A DNA stretch of 63,952 nt, counting the filler, from Phoronis australis (Eukaryota > Animalia > Phoronida): assembly GCA_002633005.1 (NCBI GenBank). It is 9 parts of 9 records of this genome, joined end to end, with 100 filler letters (N's around TTAATTAATTAA, not from the genome) between each part and the next. Parts side by side here need not be neighbours in the genome. Positions count along the whole stretch, not along the records: positions 21,966 to 33,715 come from NMRA01001678.1; positions 33,816 to 38,752 come from NMRA01002452.1; 7 more parts are not named here. One strand, given 5' to 3'. The notes beneath the pieces were generated by a model. It was not told where the DNA came from, did no database searches, and worked only from the letters and a program-made list of their open reading frames with translations. This document shows, one piece after another, positions 25,263-38,009 of the stretch. How positions within the stretch are numbered: the first letter of the stretch is position 1; every line of letters begins with the position of its first letter. Both the position numbers and the translations under genes were made by a program.

Positions 25263-26639
25263 CTTTCATCTACTCGGGAACAAGTGGATACCAAATCTAT
25301 AATAAAGTGGTCTTAATCTGTCAAACGGTTGTTTCCAAACCGTAATCAGTGAAGTGTTCAGGGTTGATATGCCTCCTATCGACAAGCTTATCCACCAGAT
25401 ACTACCTCACATCACAGCCGTTCTGCCCATGTGACAAGTCAATGTTGTAGCTATCTTTGCCAACTTGCAATGGTGTCTTGGTTAAGCCATATTGGAACAT
25501 CACATCAACGTGCATTGGTCTTATACCAAGGTGACCATCAGCTGGAGTCTGTTGCCACCCCTGTATGTCCGTCTGCTGATCAAGGCGAGGGCCATCAACA
25601 CATACTCAGTCTAAGGCTTCGAGTGAAATTTTATTCAAATATGTTTGGGAAATAACTATTTATGATAATATGCCTGAAGAATGAAACTCACATTTTCAAC
25701 TTTTATTTAACACCAAGTCTCATTGTTACGATTAAGAGATTTGCAAGCTGGGAGGTTAAATGGTATTGCTTGATATTCAATTATAAACCACAAAAATGTT
25801 TACAACTGGATATTTATTTATGGACTTTTTAAGAGGTTTATTTTTTCGAGAGATCCTTCAGTGGTATGATCACAAGTTACAGGTGAAAAGTCAGAATCTC
25901 TAACTTGTTTATGTACTTCATATGGGAAGTCAGTTTGACACAGTGAAACATATAAAACAGATATTTCAAATCATTCCATAATATTATCATTGTATAATAA
26001 ACAATTATATCTTTTCAACAGAGGTGTTATTTGCACAGTCATGTAACTTCTTTTCAACTTGTGATGAGAAAATAGCGTTCAATTCTCTACACGTGCGCTA
26101 GATTCTGAAGACAGCACCTTGTATTCAGATACTCTGGATTACTGGTTCCGAACAAACCGAGTCAATTATCTGATAATATTCAAGTATTTCTTGGATTTTC
26201 TGTTGACAAGTCAATAGAATGTGTGCTGAACACACCGTCTGCTCACTCAATGCAAACACCATACCCATGCAAAATAGTCAACACCGATGAATTGTCTTAG
26301 AATCTTTTAATGAGAGTACAACTGACAAACAGTAATGTGATACCAACCATTACTTCTTACCTTTGCTTATTAAAATTCCTAAACCTGGATTTTAATTCTA
26401 CAACTGATATAGATTTCACAAAGCAAGTCTTCTTTAGCACGTTTCCATATACATCGTGCATATCAAACAGACAGCAGCACAAGATGATATTTAAAACACA
26501 CAATTGTTGAGTCAAACAACTTGCAAGACACAATACAATAAATAACTATCGTCTCATCACTCCATTGACATCTCATCATGTCTTAACGTCTCACCGCGCC
26601 CTAAATGTCTCATCGCGCCCTTAATGTCTCAACATGCCC

Positions 26640-26792
26640 TTAACGCCTATCAGTCTTCCCCATTTTCCGTTTTCCAGCAAACAAGTGTTGTGGCATCTTT
26701 GTGCCTATGTATCGGTCAGCTTCACCCACTTTGCCAAACTGATTCCTCTTGCGCTCCACCATCTTGGACATCTTCTTAACCTTCTTCCTCAT
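26640..26792 (-). CDS. GTPBP4: GTP-binding protein 4 / NOG1, terminal coding exon
   Basis: tttgcag acceptor; MRKKVKKMSK...GKVGEADRYIGTKMPQHLFAGKRKMGKTDRR* matches the NOG1 C-terminus (GEADR...PKHL..GKRK.GK.DRR). Confidence 0.95.
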   Translation of the reverse strand: MRKKVKKMSKMVERKRNQFGKVGEADRYIGTKMPQHLFAGKRKMGKTDRR

Positions 26793-27205
26793 CTGCAAAC
26801 AAGTCAAAACTGTTTAACAACGGGTATTGCACCAAAAGGTACTCAAAAACAATGTTGATATGAGTGCACCGTGTGCATAGATACCAGGGGTGATCACTAT
26901 TTTAAATGGCAATAGGTGTCCCAGCAGTAGATAAATCTGTACAAAAATGGGCAAACATAGTCTTTCATGATAGAAACGTGCTTGCCAAATTTCCTGAACA
27001 TTTAAAAACAAACTTGGTAGTTATAAAGGTAGACCTAAAGAAAACCAAAATTTCCACATCAGTAGTGATATTCATTAGGAAATCAACGTAGGACACACAA
27101 GATGGTGGTTTGGTGGACTCCAAAACCTCAAACTATGGGGCCAACTTCCATTAAAATTTTATTAAGGAATGAAAGATGCGCGGAGAGATGATAGCAACAT
27201 GCGGC

Positions 27206-27452
27206 CACATATGAGCGCTTCCTATTTAAAAAGGGACTTTTCCACTTTGTTCCAAACTGAAATATAATATTACAATATAGATAAATATCAACATTTTGTC
27301 TTTAACTTTGATTGTAATCGAGAGGGGTAATGATGGATTACATTAACCAAATTTAAAGACAAAATGTTGATATTTATCTATATTGTAATATTACATTTCA
27401 GTTTGGAACAAAGTGGGGAAGCCCCTTTTTAAATGGGAAGCGCTTATATGTG
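27206..27452. mobile_element. Foldback MITE (~100-bp inverted arms) in the last GTPBP4 intron
   Basis: cacatatgagcgcttcc...caacattttgtctttaa is inverted against ttaaagacaaaatgttg...gaagcgcttatatgtg. Confidence 0.8.
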
Positions 27453-27467
27453 TCTGCAAAAAAATCT

Positions 27468-27870
27468 GACAAGAGCAACACGGAGCATTGAAATGTGCCA
27501 ACGAATGCATCGCAAATGGTGTGCATATAGGACTGTTTATTTGTGTCATTAAAATGGCCACTAGATGGCGCAAAATACATTGAATCCGTCTGAAAACCAA
27601 AAAATGTCATTGTTTCTTTAGAAGAAAGCCATTTACCCACTTAAGTAAAAATTTGCCTTAGAACTTCTGAGAAACAGAGGAAAACAAAAAACGAAATTGC
27701 CACTAGGGGGCACAGTGTTCATCGGATCAGTCTAAAAGTCGTCATCTTCTCTTGTTAACATCATATAAATACACATGCTAAATTTAATAAAGATCCTGCA
27801 GAGGGCTTAGGAGATACTGAAACAAACAAAACCGCCACTAGGAGGCGCCACAGCAGTCAAAGTTCTTTCA
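27468..27870. mobile_element. Helentron/HINE-like non-autonomous element fragment (gccactag-gg-cgc internal repeats)
   Basis: Begins acaagagcaac..cattgaaatgtgc like the copy at 52247; repeated gccactagatggcgc/gccactaggaggcgc units. Superfamily is inferred. Confidence 0.55.
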
Positions 27871-27953
27871 TATTCATATTTTTGAAATGTACAATAAATC
27901 CAACACTTTCTTCAAAACACAGAAAAAGTGAAGAGACGCTTAGGATGTCTTAC

Positions 27954-28091
27954 CACTTCATCACGTACACCGGACTTGTCACGAGGCGTCCTTGAAGAGC
28001 TTCGAACAGCACCGCTGACAGAGTCCTCTCGTTTACGTTTAAGAAGAGGCTTGCGACTAGAGCTTCGCGACCTTGTTGTAGCATAGTGCGT
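27954..28091 (-). CDS. GTPBP4: GTPBP4/NOG1 exon (THYATTRSRS...KRKREDS...SRTPRDKSGVRDEV)
   Basis: AG/GT bounded, 138 bp, phase 0-0; conserved KRKREDS and SRTPRD.SG.RD motifs. Confidence 0.93.
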
Positions 28092-28671
28092 CTGCAAACA
28101 CAACTGGCTCGTATAAACATGTACGCAACATGAACTAACAATTACGGTGAAATCTTACCAAGTTTGGACAAAAATAATTGTCGATTTTCATTACAAAGAC
28201 TTGTTACATTCATTGTTATGAATGCTTACAAGTTCTCAAAACATCACTTGACTTTAGTGCCACTTATTTTTATGACCAAAACTTTAAAATTTAAAAAATT
28301 CACTAGTACACGATATTGGAGATTTTACAGTAAACTCTACAATATACATTTCGATAACCTTGACTGGTGCTCTGAAACTAATAATGTAATCTGTGGCCAA
28401 GTGACTTCAAATTATGATAAATTTCAAAATTTTCTTTTAATTCTTAGGCATCAGTAGATCTGCTGGCTTAGCAAGACATGACTGAATTATTTGTGACACA
28501 TTTGCACCGAGACATATCCAGTTACAAAGGAGTTGAAGGTCAAGGACGCCTGAAGTTACGCATTCAACCACAAATTGGTGGTGCCACAAAGAAAGCTGGT
28601 TGAAGATTCAAACAAGAATATTTAAGTGTTCACTAACCAAACAATCATTGACCATGCTTGGTTGCACAAAC

Positions 28672-28825
28672 CTCATTCTTGTCCTCAATTTCCACCCCCA
28701 GGTCCTCCATCTCGCTCTCAAGTCGCTTCTTCTCAACTTTCTTGGCTGTGCGTGGCAGACGAGGCTTCTCAACTTTGCGCTTTTCTCTCGACTCGATGAT
28801 GGCTATTGATCTCTTCTCGCGAATT
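28672..28825 (-). CDS. GTPBP4: GTPBP4/NOG1 exon (IREKR...PRLPRTAKKV...EMEDLGVEIEDKNE)
   Basis: AG/GT bounded, 154 bp, phase 2-0; PR.PRTAKKV motif. Confidence 0.94.
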
Positions 28826-29049
28826 CTAAAAATAGAACAACACGAAATACAGGTTAAAAAACGAAGGTTTCCATAATTTTCATTGGAAATAGCCAAATCA
28901 ACCCTGAAAACTTCTGACATGAATTTAACGGTTATAACACCTCCACACAAGCATTCCCATGATGACTTTACCTGACACCTCCTTTCCAACAAGTGACCCC
29001 TCCTTTCCAACAAGTGACCCCTAACGCTAAAAATGCTGAATGGTCATCT

Positions 29050-29250
29050 TCTTCCCAGGTCCCACTTCACATTAACTTCATTCCTCATGTCTAACAAGTA
29101 CACACCCGCCGGCTCCCACAGTCTCCTCCGCCGACCCTCCCACCCTTGATACCTACTTCGCTGCAGTCTTCCTAACTCCCTTCATTTTACTTTTTCCTCA
29201 CTCATGTCCGACTCGTACACACCCGTCGCCTCTCTCAGACTCCTCTACTG
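29050..29250 (-). repeat. Two degenerate tandem copies of the 3' part of GTPBP4 exon 29276-29388
   Basis: tgatacctactt.gctgcagtcttcctaact...ctcatgtc.gactcgtacacacc repeats at ~120-bp spacing; the third copy is more diverged. Confidence 0.8.
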
Positions 29251-29275
29251 GCACCCCCCCCCCACTGATACCTAC

Positions 29276-29388
29276 TTTGCTGCAGTCTTCCTAACTTCCT
29301 TCATCTCTTCATCTTCGTCACTCATGTCTGACTCGTACACACCTGTCGCTTCCCTCAGACCCTCCTCCTGCTCTAGAACCTCCAATTT
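29276..29388 (-). CDS. GTPBP4: GTPBP4/NOG1 exon (KLEVLEQEEGLREATGVYESDMSDEDEEMKEVRKTAA)
   Basis: ttttag/gtaggt bounded, 113 bp, phase 0-2; consistent with both neighbouring exons. Confidence 0.92.
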
Positions 29389-29599
29389 CTAAAACGCAAA
29401 CAAGAGAGATTTATTAAAGCAACACGATGAAAGCAAGCAAAACACAACATTTAATACACAACATATACCCAGACCACCACCAAAATTTTGCAAGTATTGA
29501 TCGTTGCCCTACCCTCGCAGACTTTTTCATGAATGCTATACAAGAGTAACGCAATGCATTGAAATCCACTCACGGCTGTACCACAAACAGCATGCAAAT

Positions 29600-30260
29600 A
29601 TTTACTGATATCATGAACATTACCATTCGGTGGCACAGTATGCATCGAACGTGTGAATGGATTTTTTTGCAAAATTTCATGAAAAATCGTCAACAAACTC
29701 TGAAAATACTGAGAAAAACGAAAAAATAAAATTGCCACCAGGAGGCACAGCAGTTGTTCGCTGTCACATTCACAAGAATATACTAGTCAAATTTCACAAA
29801 GATCGAGCAAGGAGTTTCAGAAATACAGAGGCAAAGGTAAAAAACGTCACTAAGGGAGCCACAGCAGGTGGCCTCATCCAAAAATCGATGTCAGCCATCC
29901 TCTCGTCAGTAGAAACACATCTGTCAAATTTCATAGTTATCCTCTGAGCGGTTTGGCAGGTAGAGAAGCCCAAAACATGCACAACAACAATAACGGTATA
30001 TAGGTGGTGCAGAATATATCAAATTCATCCAAAAACGAGGTTTCTTCTTAACGAAAACACACAATTTAGCTAACTTTCACGAAAATCCATCTAGGGAAAC
30101 ATGAAGATAACGTAAAAACAAAATAAAATTGCCACGAGGGGGCACAACAGCAGTTAGAACCATCAGAAAGTAGTTGCCATCCATTCACACGCAGGCACGC
30201 ACATACACACATAGGAACACACCAACAAATTTCTCACAGATCCTGCAAGGGATGAGCAGG
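29600..30260. mobile_element. Helentron/HINE-like array remnant
   Basis: Repeated aaattgccac..ggaggcac / aaatttcatgaa / gatc units shared with 27468-27870 and 52960-54075. Boundaries approximate. Confidence 0.45.
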
Positions 30261-31364
30261 ATCAAGCTAAAATCTCAACAGGACTTGCAACAAGTGGAAT
30301 CCAGTGAGGGTAACAGTGATATTGAAATTTGCATGCTTTTGGAGTTGTATTGCGCAATGCTATGCGACGCCGTTTTACCTAATCATGTTATTGGTAAAAA
30401 ATGTGACCCCCTTTTTCTACAATTTCACGGAAAACAAAGGGGCATCAAAAGTAAACCATGAAAAAATGTAATTATGTACCTTTCTTGTTGACGGGAAAAA
30501 ACGTCAGAGTTTGAGATACTCAAACTCTAGAAAAAATCTTTAAAAAATTCCATGCTGTGAATCGACAAATATATTTAAACCCGTAACAAATTCAATCCAT
30601 TTCCAAAAGGATTTAAAGCATTAATATAATAAGAACTTTTCGGCAACCTGTGTCAATTTTTGCTAGAGGTGCCTCTGCTTAGACAAGTGTAAAAGAAAAA
30701 CTAATTCACTGACCTCAAAACCATTAATTAGAGGCCAACTTAAAAAATAAAATCGCTCAGTGGTAGTCGGATTAGTCGTGGTCATCTGTTGTCAACATAG
30801 GGTCACATCTGCCTAAATTTGTGACAATTCCTATGGCTTTCAGTGAGGCCCAGAAAGAGATGACAATAACATGCAACCACATTGTGTATACATAGGCACA
30901 TCTAAATGCCCAGTTTTGTCATTACAGGCAATAGGATTACATAAAACCAGAACAACGGTGATACGTAGTTCTCCTGGAGAAACATGGCTGACACACTCAT
31001 GAACGTAGTTCCTCACTCAAACATGGCTAGCCATCTGACATTCACCAAGCACTGACTCAAAAGCCTCGTGAATTCTCACAGACATAGCTCTCATACTCTG
31101 TACCATGTTGGATGGTCAGTGAGCCGTGTTTGTGAGACAGGAGACGTGTATTTGGTGTATAGGCTGTGCTGGGCAGGTCTGCCACCATATTTGATGGTGG
31201 GTGAGCCACATCTGTGTGTCAATGAATACGGTTTACTTGCCCTGTGAGCCACCTTATTTTATGAATGAGTGACTATGTTCATGAGGAACAGCCATGTTAT
31301 TTACACTGCTTGAGTTAACAATCAACCATTGTCAGGATCATCACCTGTAGATCACTGATCTTAC

Positions 31365-31465
31365 CTGCATTATGTCTGGGTCAATATAGTCAGCTATATT
31401 ACGGCCTTGCCAGATTTCTGGGATCACATCATATTTCTCGTCAGGATTGCTCAAGTCATAGTTCT
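31365..31465 (-). CDS. GTPBP4: GTPBP4/NOG1 exon, NOGCT domain ([33 protein letters not shown])
   Basis: AG/GT bounded, 101 bp, phase 1-0; [16 protein letters not shown] motif. Confidence 0.95.
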
Positions 31466-31602
31466 CTGTAGTAAAGATCAGTGATTCAATATTTCAGTAT
31501 GAAAGCAGCGTTTATCGTAACAAGAACTTCTCATACAAACTAAAATTGATTGTTGAAGAAAATAGAGACCGGGAATAATAAGATGAAAGCATTTATCCGA
31601 CA

Positions 31603-31700
31603 CTAATTACAATGAGGCTGTGAAATATGAGCGTTACTAATTACAATGAGGCCATGAAATATACGCGTTACTAATTACAATGAGGCCATGAAATATTCGC
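31603..31700. repeat. ~35-bp tandem repeat x3
   Basis: actaattacaatgaggc..tgaaatat repeated. Confidence 0.85.
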
Positions 31701-32982
31701 ATTGTTGAGTGGTCAGGTGCGAAGAAACTTCTTTAACTTCCATATCAAACATGCATTTGATATAGAATACCAAAATAAACACTTGTTTGATACTCAAATT
31801 TAGATGATCAACAAAATCAGTTCTCATCACTACATAAGTAAACCCACATGCATTTGTGTGTACTACGGGAGGCAACACAGTGTAAAATCACACATAGTAA
31901 AACTGTACGCTTACTAGAAATGAGATTACTTTTTAGTAGCACATTTCGTAAAACTCACATGCAAAGAAAACTTTTAATGGGTATCTGAGATAATCATCGT
32001 AGGTAGACTTCTATCATATTTAGTGGTTTTTAGCTTCAGCGCAATCCGATGGCATGTGCATCAAGAATGTTTCACACAAAAGATTTGCTAATCTACGTAG
32101 TTATTCCATGCATCGTGAGGATGGCTCTCAATCCAATACTTTTTTATGATGGCTACTTAATCGTATCCACACCAAAATGCACATAATAGTGCACCTATGC
32201 TTCTTTCTATTCTGGTGCGCTCTCAAGGGTTAAGTGTTGTCATATTATTTACAAGTCACCAAACCGATGATGTCCCCAGATGTTTACGAGCTGAAAACCA
32301 TTCTACAACGCATTTGAAAAATTAAAGCAGAGCCATAGACGAAATACCCCGAATTATTGGCTTTGACATTAGGGAAAGCAATGCCAAAAATGTCTCTTGG
32401 TAGGTCTTAAATGACAGAAACTTTTTATTCCTGCGCGAAAAATTCAGACTACAATGAATTCCCAATTACCAGAACAGAAATAATCAGTCATCTCTCAAAA
32501 CCGCTATAATTAAGTGTTGTTATATCAAGCACTACTCAAAACTTCCAGTCAAAGCAAAAACAGCAACAGTTCCATGGATAAACTGTGGAAAGTCTTGGAA
32601 CAATGGTGAGTAAGGCAACAAGGAAATTCAGTCTTGAAGAAAAATATCAAATAAGGTGATATCCGGTTAAACTAGATTGAGTTTGCTCAATTTTACCAAA
32701 GTGTAGTGCCTTATACAGATCATAGGTTTATAAAATCGAGTGTGCTAGGCATTCCACCAGAAAAAACACAGATTTCAAAAAGTGTCATTTCTACAGAAGA
32801 ATGTCCAGTGGCCTCATTTTAGAAATATTCCATAAGTCTCCGCCACAGGTACTCCTTTAGGGGAGGTATACATAGGTACACCTCCAGAGAAGGGCATACC
32901 TTCAGTCAGTAATATTTACAAATTTACTGAGCTGTTTTAATCACATTTACTTCTTAATAAGTTCTTGGGAGTTACGACAACA

Positions 32983-33060
32983 CCCCTCCACTGATGGTAG
33001 TGCCCCTCCTCTGATGGTAGTACCCCTCCTCTGATGGTAGCACCCCTCCTCTGATGGTGC
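32983..33060. repeat. 20-bp tandem repeat x4
   Basis: cccctcctctgatggtag repeated. Confidence 0.9.
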
Positions 33061-33207
33061 CCAGGACCAACTGTTCTTCCCCCTACTTCCTTCACTACAC
33101 CACTGAAGTTGTTTTTGACAAAAACAAAATGCGATGACAACTGAGAAAGAACCTCTGCTAATATTCCGATGATGTAAGAGGATAAATATCGTCCACCATT
33201 AACTTAC

Positions 33208-33259
33208 TTTTTAAATCAACAACATAGTCATCACCAAGCTCCAGTTCAATGTCCCTTTC
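33208..33259 (-). CDS. GTPBP4: GTPBP4/NOG1 exon (ERDIELELGDDYVVDLK); most 5' exon visible, upstream exons lie beyond the spacer
   Basis: tttttcag/gtaagt bounded, 52 bp, phase 0-1; matches the NOGCT start ERDLELE.GDDY..DL. Confidence 0.93.
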
Positions 33260-36200
33260 CTGAAAAACACAAAAATTCAGAAGTTGTAATTAAATGTGAA
33301 CAACTACCTGTGTAAACGATGCTTGTCCATGAAGAACAGAGGTTTAGAACACAAGACACAACATAATTACGGGCTCTTGTTAATTAAATGTAATGCACTT
33401 CTAAAAATCATGCAAAATCTTAGACGACTAGTTATCAACTTGAAATATTTAAGTAGTCAACTTTAAGGACCAAACGTTGAACAATACACTACCCTGTGTT
33501 CCATATCAGACATGCAGGACAAGCACAGCAGTCCTGATAGCGTCCCCCTGTGACCTTTTTCAAATCTTGTTTCCGAAAGACTTCAAAAGGTACAACAATT
33601 TACAAAATTTTACATGTTTCCAGGTATGTTGATGGGAGGCCTCTGGAAGATTTTTAAGCCACTCGTCTCCAAAACCACCAAAATCGAATGACCTTTAAGC
33701 ACATCACAAGGTCACNNNNNNNNNNNNNNNNNNNNNNNNNNNNNNNNNNNNNNNNNNNNTTAATTAATTAANNNNNNNNNNNNNNNNNNNNNNNNNNNNN
33801 NNNNNNNNNNNNNNNCTGGATCCACCCCTGGGTTCGCTGGTAATACAAGGCAGTATCTCGCAAAGACTTGTGTTTTGCTAGTTCCTTGCTTATATCGAAC
33901 GACGCAGCCCTATATAAAGTGCACATTGACCTTTTGAACTATAAGAATGCGAACCGACTGAGAACAAATTCTGCTAAAAACAAATATTTAGGGTTGGCCT
34001 AGAGTTAATGTCCGTATAATGAGTCTGAATGCTGAGCCCTGCACCGGAGGAAAGGTCGCCCAGGTCTCCAGCTACAGCACCACAGTCCTCCTACTGCTAT
34101 TTTGTTTATAACCTAGAAAGTATCAACTTAGCAACGCCCTGTTGTCACTAGTAGCAGAAATTTTAAACACTGGAACTTGACACCCAGCCACAAGCCGTTA
34201 GCTGCCATGCCTATTATTCTGTACACTCGATAAATAAATTTTATGAACTATTTGAATTAAGACTATTCATTAGAATCTATGACCTACAAAAACAGCACAA
34301 AAACAGGGCGTGATATAACATCAAATGTTTTTCTACACCAAATACATATGATTGTACAAAATAACCAGCCGATGTGAGGGCGGTGTATGAAACAAAAGTT
34401 GTAGTAATTGTCAATAAATACCCTAGTGTTTTATTTCAAACATTTTAAAATTAGTTTCATTCCTACACTGTTTAGAACTTGATGTTACTTTCGTAACAGT
34501 AGATATAATGTTTTGACAGCTATATTATATACTATGAACTATTTTACTTGAGCAATGATTTGCGTGGGTAAGTTGGTTTAGCAAACGTCACTAGTTGTCA
34601 TTCACGTAAATGAATAATATTGTGTAGGACAAGAAACAAAATAATGGCAGAATTTTCTAAAGTTGGTGACAGTTGCTAAGCTGTCGACGAATGTGGACAT
34701 TGGACCAACGGAATTATTGTATCAATTCCAAATGGTGACTTAATTGGCCCGGTCACAACCTCAAATGGTTGATGGAAGCTGAACCAGGAGACGATTACTA
34801 CCAAAACAACAAGATGAGCGAGGTAAGATAATATACTTTTTCTGTTTTTAAATATTATGCATAAAACTTTTGTTGATAAAATCTAGTTTTCAATGGCTTG
34901 TAAATTCTTCGGATTAGCTTAAGAAGCGTAAAAATAAGTTTTCTATAAAAATACATTTGAAAACCGTTCTTTTTGGTAAACATCGGGTTTTAGAGTTAGA
35001 GTGCCATAGTAATTCGGAAGGCTGATTAATTTTTTCCACGAAGTCGCACTCTTTTAATCTACGTTGCATTAACTGGCCTTGGGGTACTTGTTAGTGATCT
35101 TCAGGACATTTGATAACAGTTTATACAGAGAATGCGTGAGACATTATTAACCCAAATAAGCCAATCTGGTTTTTGTTTATTCATTATTTATATTTTTTTA
35201 TTTTGATGTGTAAGCTAAATACTTGTTCATTGAATTGAATCAAAGTAAAATAATTCTTGTTATGAACAAGGATTACAAACACCCATTCAATAACAGGCTT
35301 GCTGTACATCTCAGGTAATTCATGTTGTGGAAAACGTTATATGCATCCCAAAATATGATTGAAGCTATGCAAGGTGACCTGATAGCTTAGAAATGCACTA
35401 GTGTAACAATTTTATAAATTATTCTTTTTCGTTGTTGAATGTAAGGTCTTTCATTAGGTAACTAATTCCAGTGTCTATCTCGAAAGTGATAACAAAAATC
35501 CACTTATTTGCAAGTAAAGAAGTCAGTTACACAGTGGTCATTCACAGACCAAGGGACATGAGCCATATGGCCGTAACAGTGTATTGCTTCAACATCCATA
35601 GGTCCTGGAAACCCATGTACAGTAGTCTGTACCTTGCATGTCTTTGTTTATTTTATTTGACCTGCAACCACTTCAGATATGCACTGATTTGAACATGACA
35701 GTATAGAGACATAAGTAGGAGAAATGTATCGGAGACTTCAGTCACAAGACAGCACCAAACTACCCTCAAAACATTGAAATTTTTATGTATGTACTCACAG
35801 TACCCAATGCTCTTCAATTAAGTATTAGTAACATTTACACATGCAATCACTAATTGGTTAATATTCATTTTATGTTCTGTCAGTGTCTGTTCATTAGATT
35901 TTGGCACCCATGATAGATACTTGATACGTTTTTGGTATTTAATTGATTGAAGACAAGAAAGTGTTTAAAATATGCCAAACTGTGAGCAATAGTTTGCCTA
36001 AATGAAAAAACTTCTTCGTCATACACAGAAGAGGATTAGACGTTCTCGTTAAAATTGTGGTTCTATAATGGCAAAAAATAATCCAAAATGAGGAACACGC
36101 AATGATAATAGAAAAAAGTGGCAAAATCCGAAAGAACTTACCATCTCTCACTAAGTCTAGATCAAACATAAAATCGTACTTGTGTTTGATTCTCATATAG

Positions 36201-36288
36201 TAATAGCACTACAGCAAGTTAAAGTACATACATGTATATACCCTTACCATGGACATGAAAGTGGCAATTCAAGACAGTCTGCAAAAGT

Positions 36289-37083
36289 TATGGCGTGTTA
36301 TGTGTTGCAAAATTCAATGTTAAAAAAATTAGGTTTGATGTAATTATGTGTGTTCGATACCTCATATTTATATTTGATCTCACAGTATGTACATTTGATG
36401 TCAAAATATTTGTATTCCATAATGAAAATACTTATGTGCGATAAGTTTTTTGTTCGATGTTTCTTTTGATATGTTCAATAACGGAATTATGTGTATTATG
36501 AAACGACGTTCCTGATTGGTTCCTGGAATTAAATAAAAAGGGTGGCTACCGAAGAAGAGTTGCTTCCTCATTCTTTCGACAATTTAGCCCATTTCATCGA
36601 CATTTGTGAACACGAATACAGTTCAGGCGATTCAGAGGTGGTTGATGATGCTATGCAACAGATAGATGCCTAGTATTTATACGCCCTTAAGTCCATTGAC
36701 GAGCGATTTCGCGAGGAACTCGGTTCTGACCCTAACCAGCCAACAACAAACCAAGCCCAGGGTGAGTCAACAAGTTCCACTACGCGCGGGTAAATAACGT
36801 CTCAACACAGCTGACCAATCACAGCCGTCGTTTCAATTTACCCAGAGTTCCATTATCGAATGTAACCGGAAAACATCGAACTGAAATTTTCAAAACATTG
36901 AATACAATAGTAATGAACATTGAATACATATAATATTATGAAACATAAATGTAGATAACATTGAATATAAGATCAAATATAAATATAAGAAGATCAAATA
37001 TAAATATAAGCTATCCAATACATATAATTACATCAAACCTAATTTTTTTGAACATTGAAATTTGCAACACATAACACGCCATA
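36289..37083. mobile_element. Unclassified DNA element with long TIRs starting TATGG
   Basis: tatggcgtgttatgtgttgcaaa.ttcaatgtt.aaaaaattaggtttgatgtaattat is inverted at ~37022-37083. Confidence 0.8.
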
Positions 37084-38009
37084 GCTGCCAGCCAGTCACG
37101 ACATTGGTTTGTGCTATTAATTATAAATGACAAATGTGTTTACAGCAAAACTAGTTGTAGGCCTTGGTTTCGTGTTGGGAGTTTTATCTGAGTCGCAAAA
37201 AGTTACCTACCGATGCCAAAAAATCCGTCCAAACAACGAATGCGACGCAGTTCATTAAAAGAGCTTAACTAAGTACTATTCATATACATGAACATACAGA
37301 TAAAAGTACATGCACACTCGCACATGTATGTAAATGCATTTATGAACGAAAATCCTGTATATCTGCTGACTACATCAATTCTTTTCGAATTTTGTCAATA
37401 AACTCCTGAAAGTCTATTCCGACGGGGAAGGCTAGACGTAGATAGCATGGACGTTGTTGTAATTCGATAATTTTTAGAAGACATAAGTTGAGATAACAAC
37501 TTTCTTACATGGCTGTGCTTAGGCTGACTTGTTGGGGTATGTTATTAGTTACAAATGTTTTTACATATTTTTTCAATTGCATATTTCAGCAAAGTTCACG
37601 CACCAGAGTTATGTGCAGATAGTTTAAGACGTCCTCACCGTCCCAGTGTTGTATTGGCCGGGACCACTAACTGTTTGTTCTTGTATCAACGCGACTTTCC
37701 GCGATGTGGTGACTTAAGAAAAAAGCAACAAAATAACGTTTGTTTTTTTAAAATACGGATAAAAACGAATTCCGTTCAAAACGATTTTAGACATCTATAA
37801 AATTGTTCTCACATGACTCTTATCTCAGATGAGAAGTGATAGCAAAATCATTCTGTCGAAACCCTGACATCACCTACAATTTGACTAAGAAACAAGATGG
37901 AGACCCAACTTCATATCAATAAACTGTCTAAATGAAAAGTTAATTCCTTTTGTGATGGGTGGCGACTTTTAGCCGTTTAAAAATCACTGTAGGCCTACAC
38001 GTGACAGGG

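Noticed and set aside
33600-33642. Minus-strand RPPINIP after a cag, resembling the GTPBP4 RPPFIP exon
   Set aside because: In-frame TAA follows within a few codons and no suitable donor is present.
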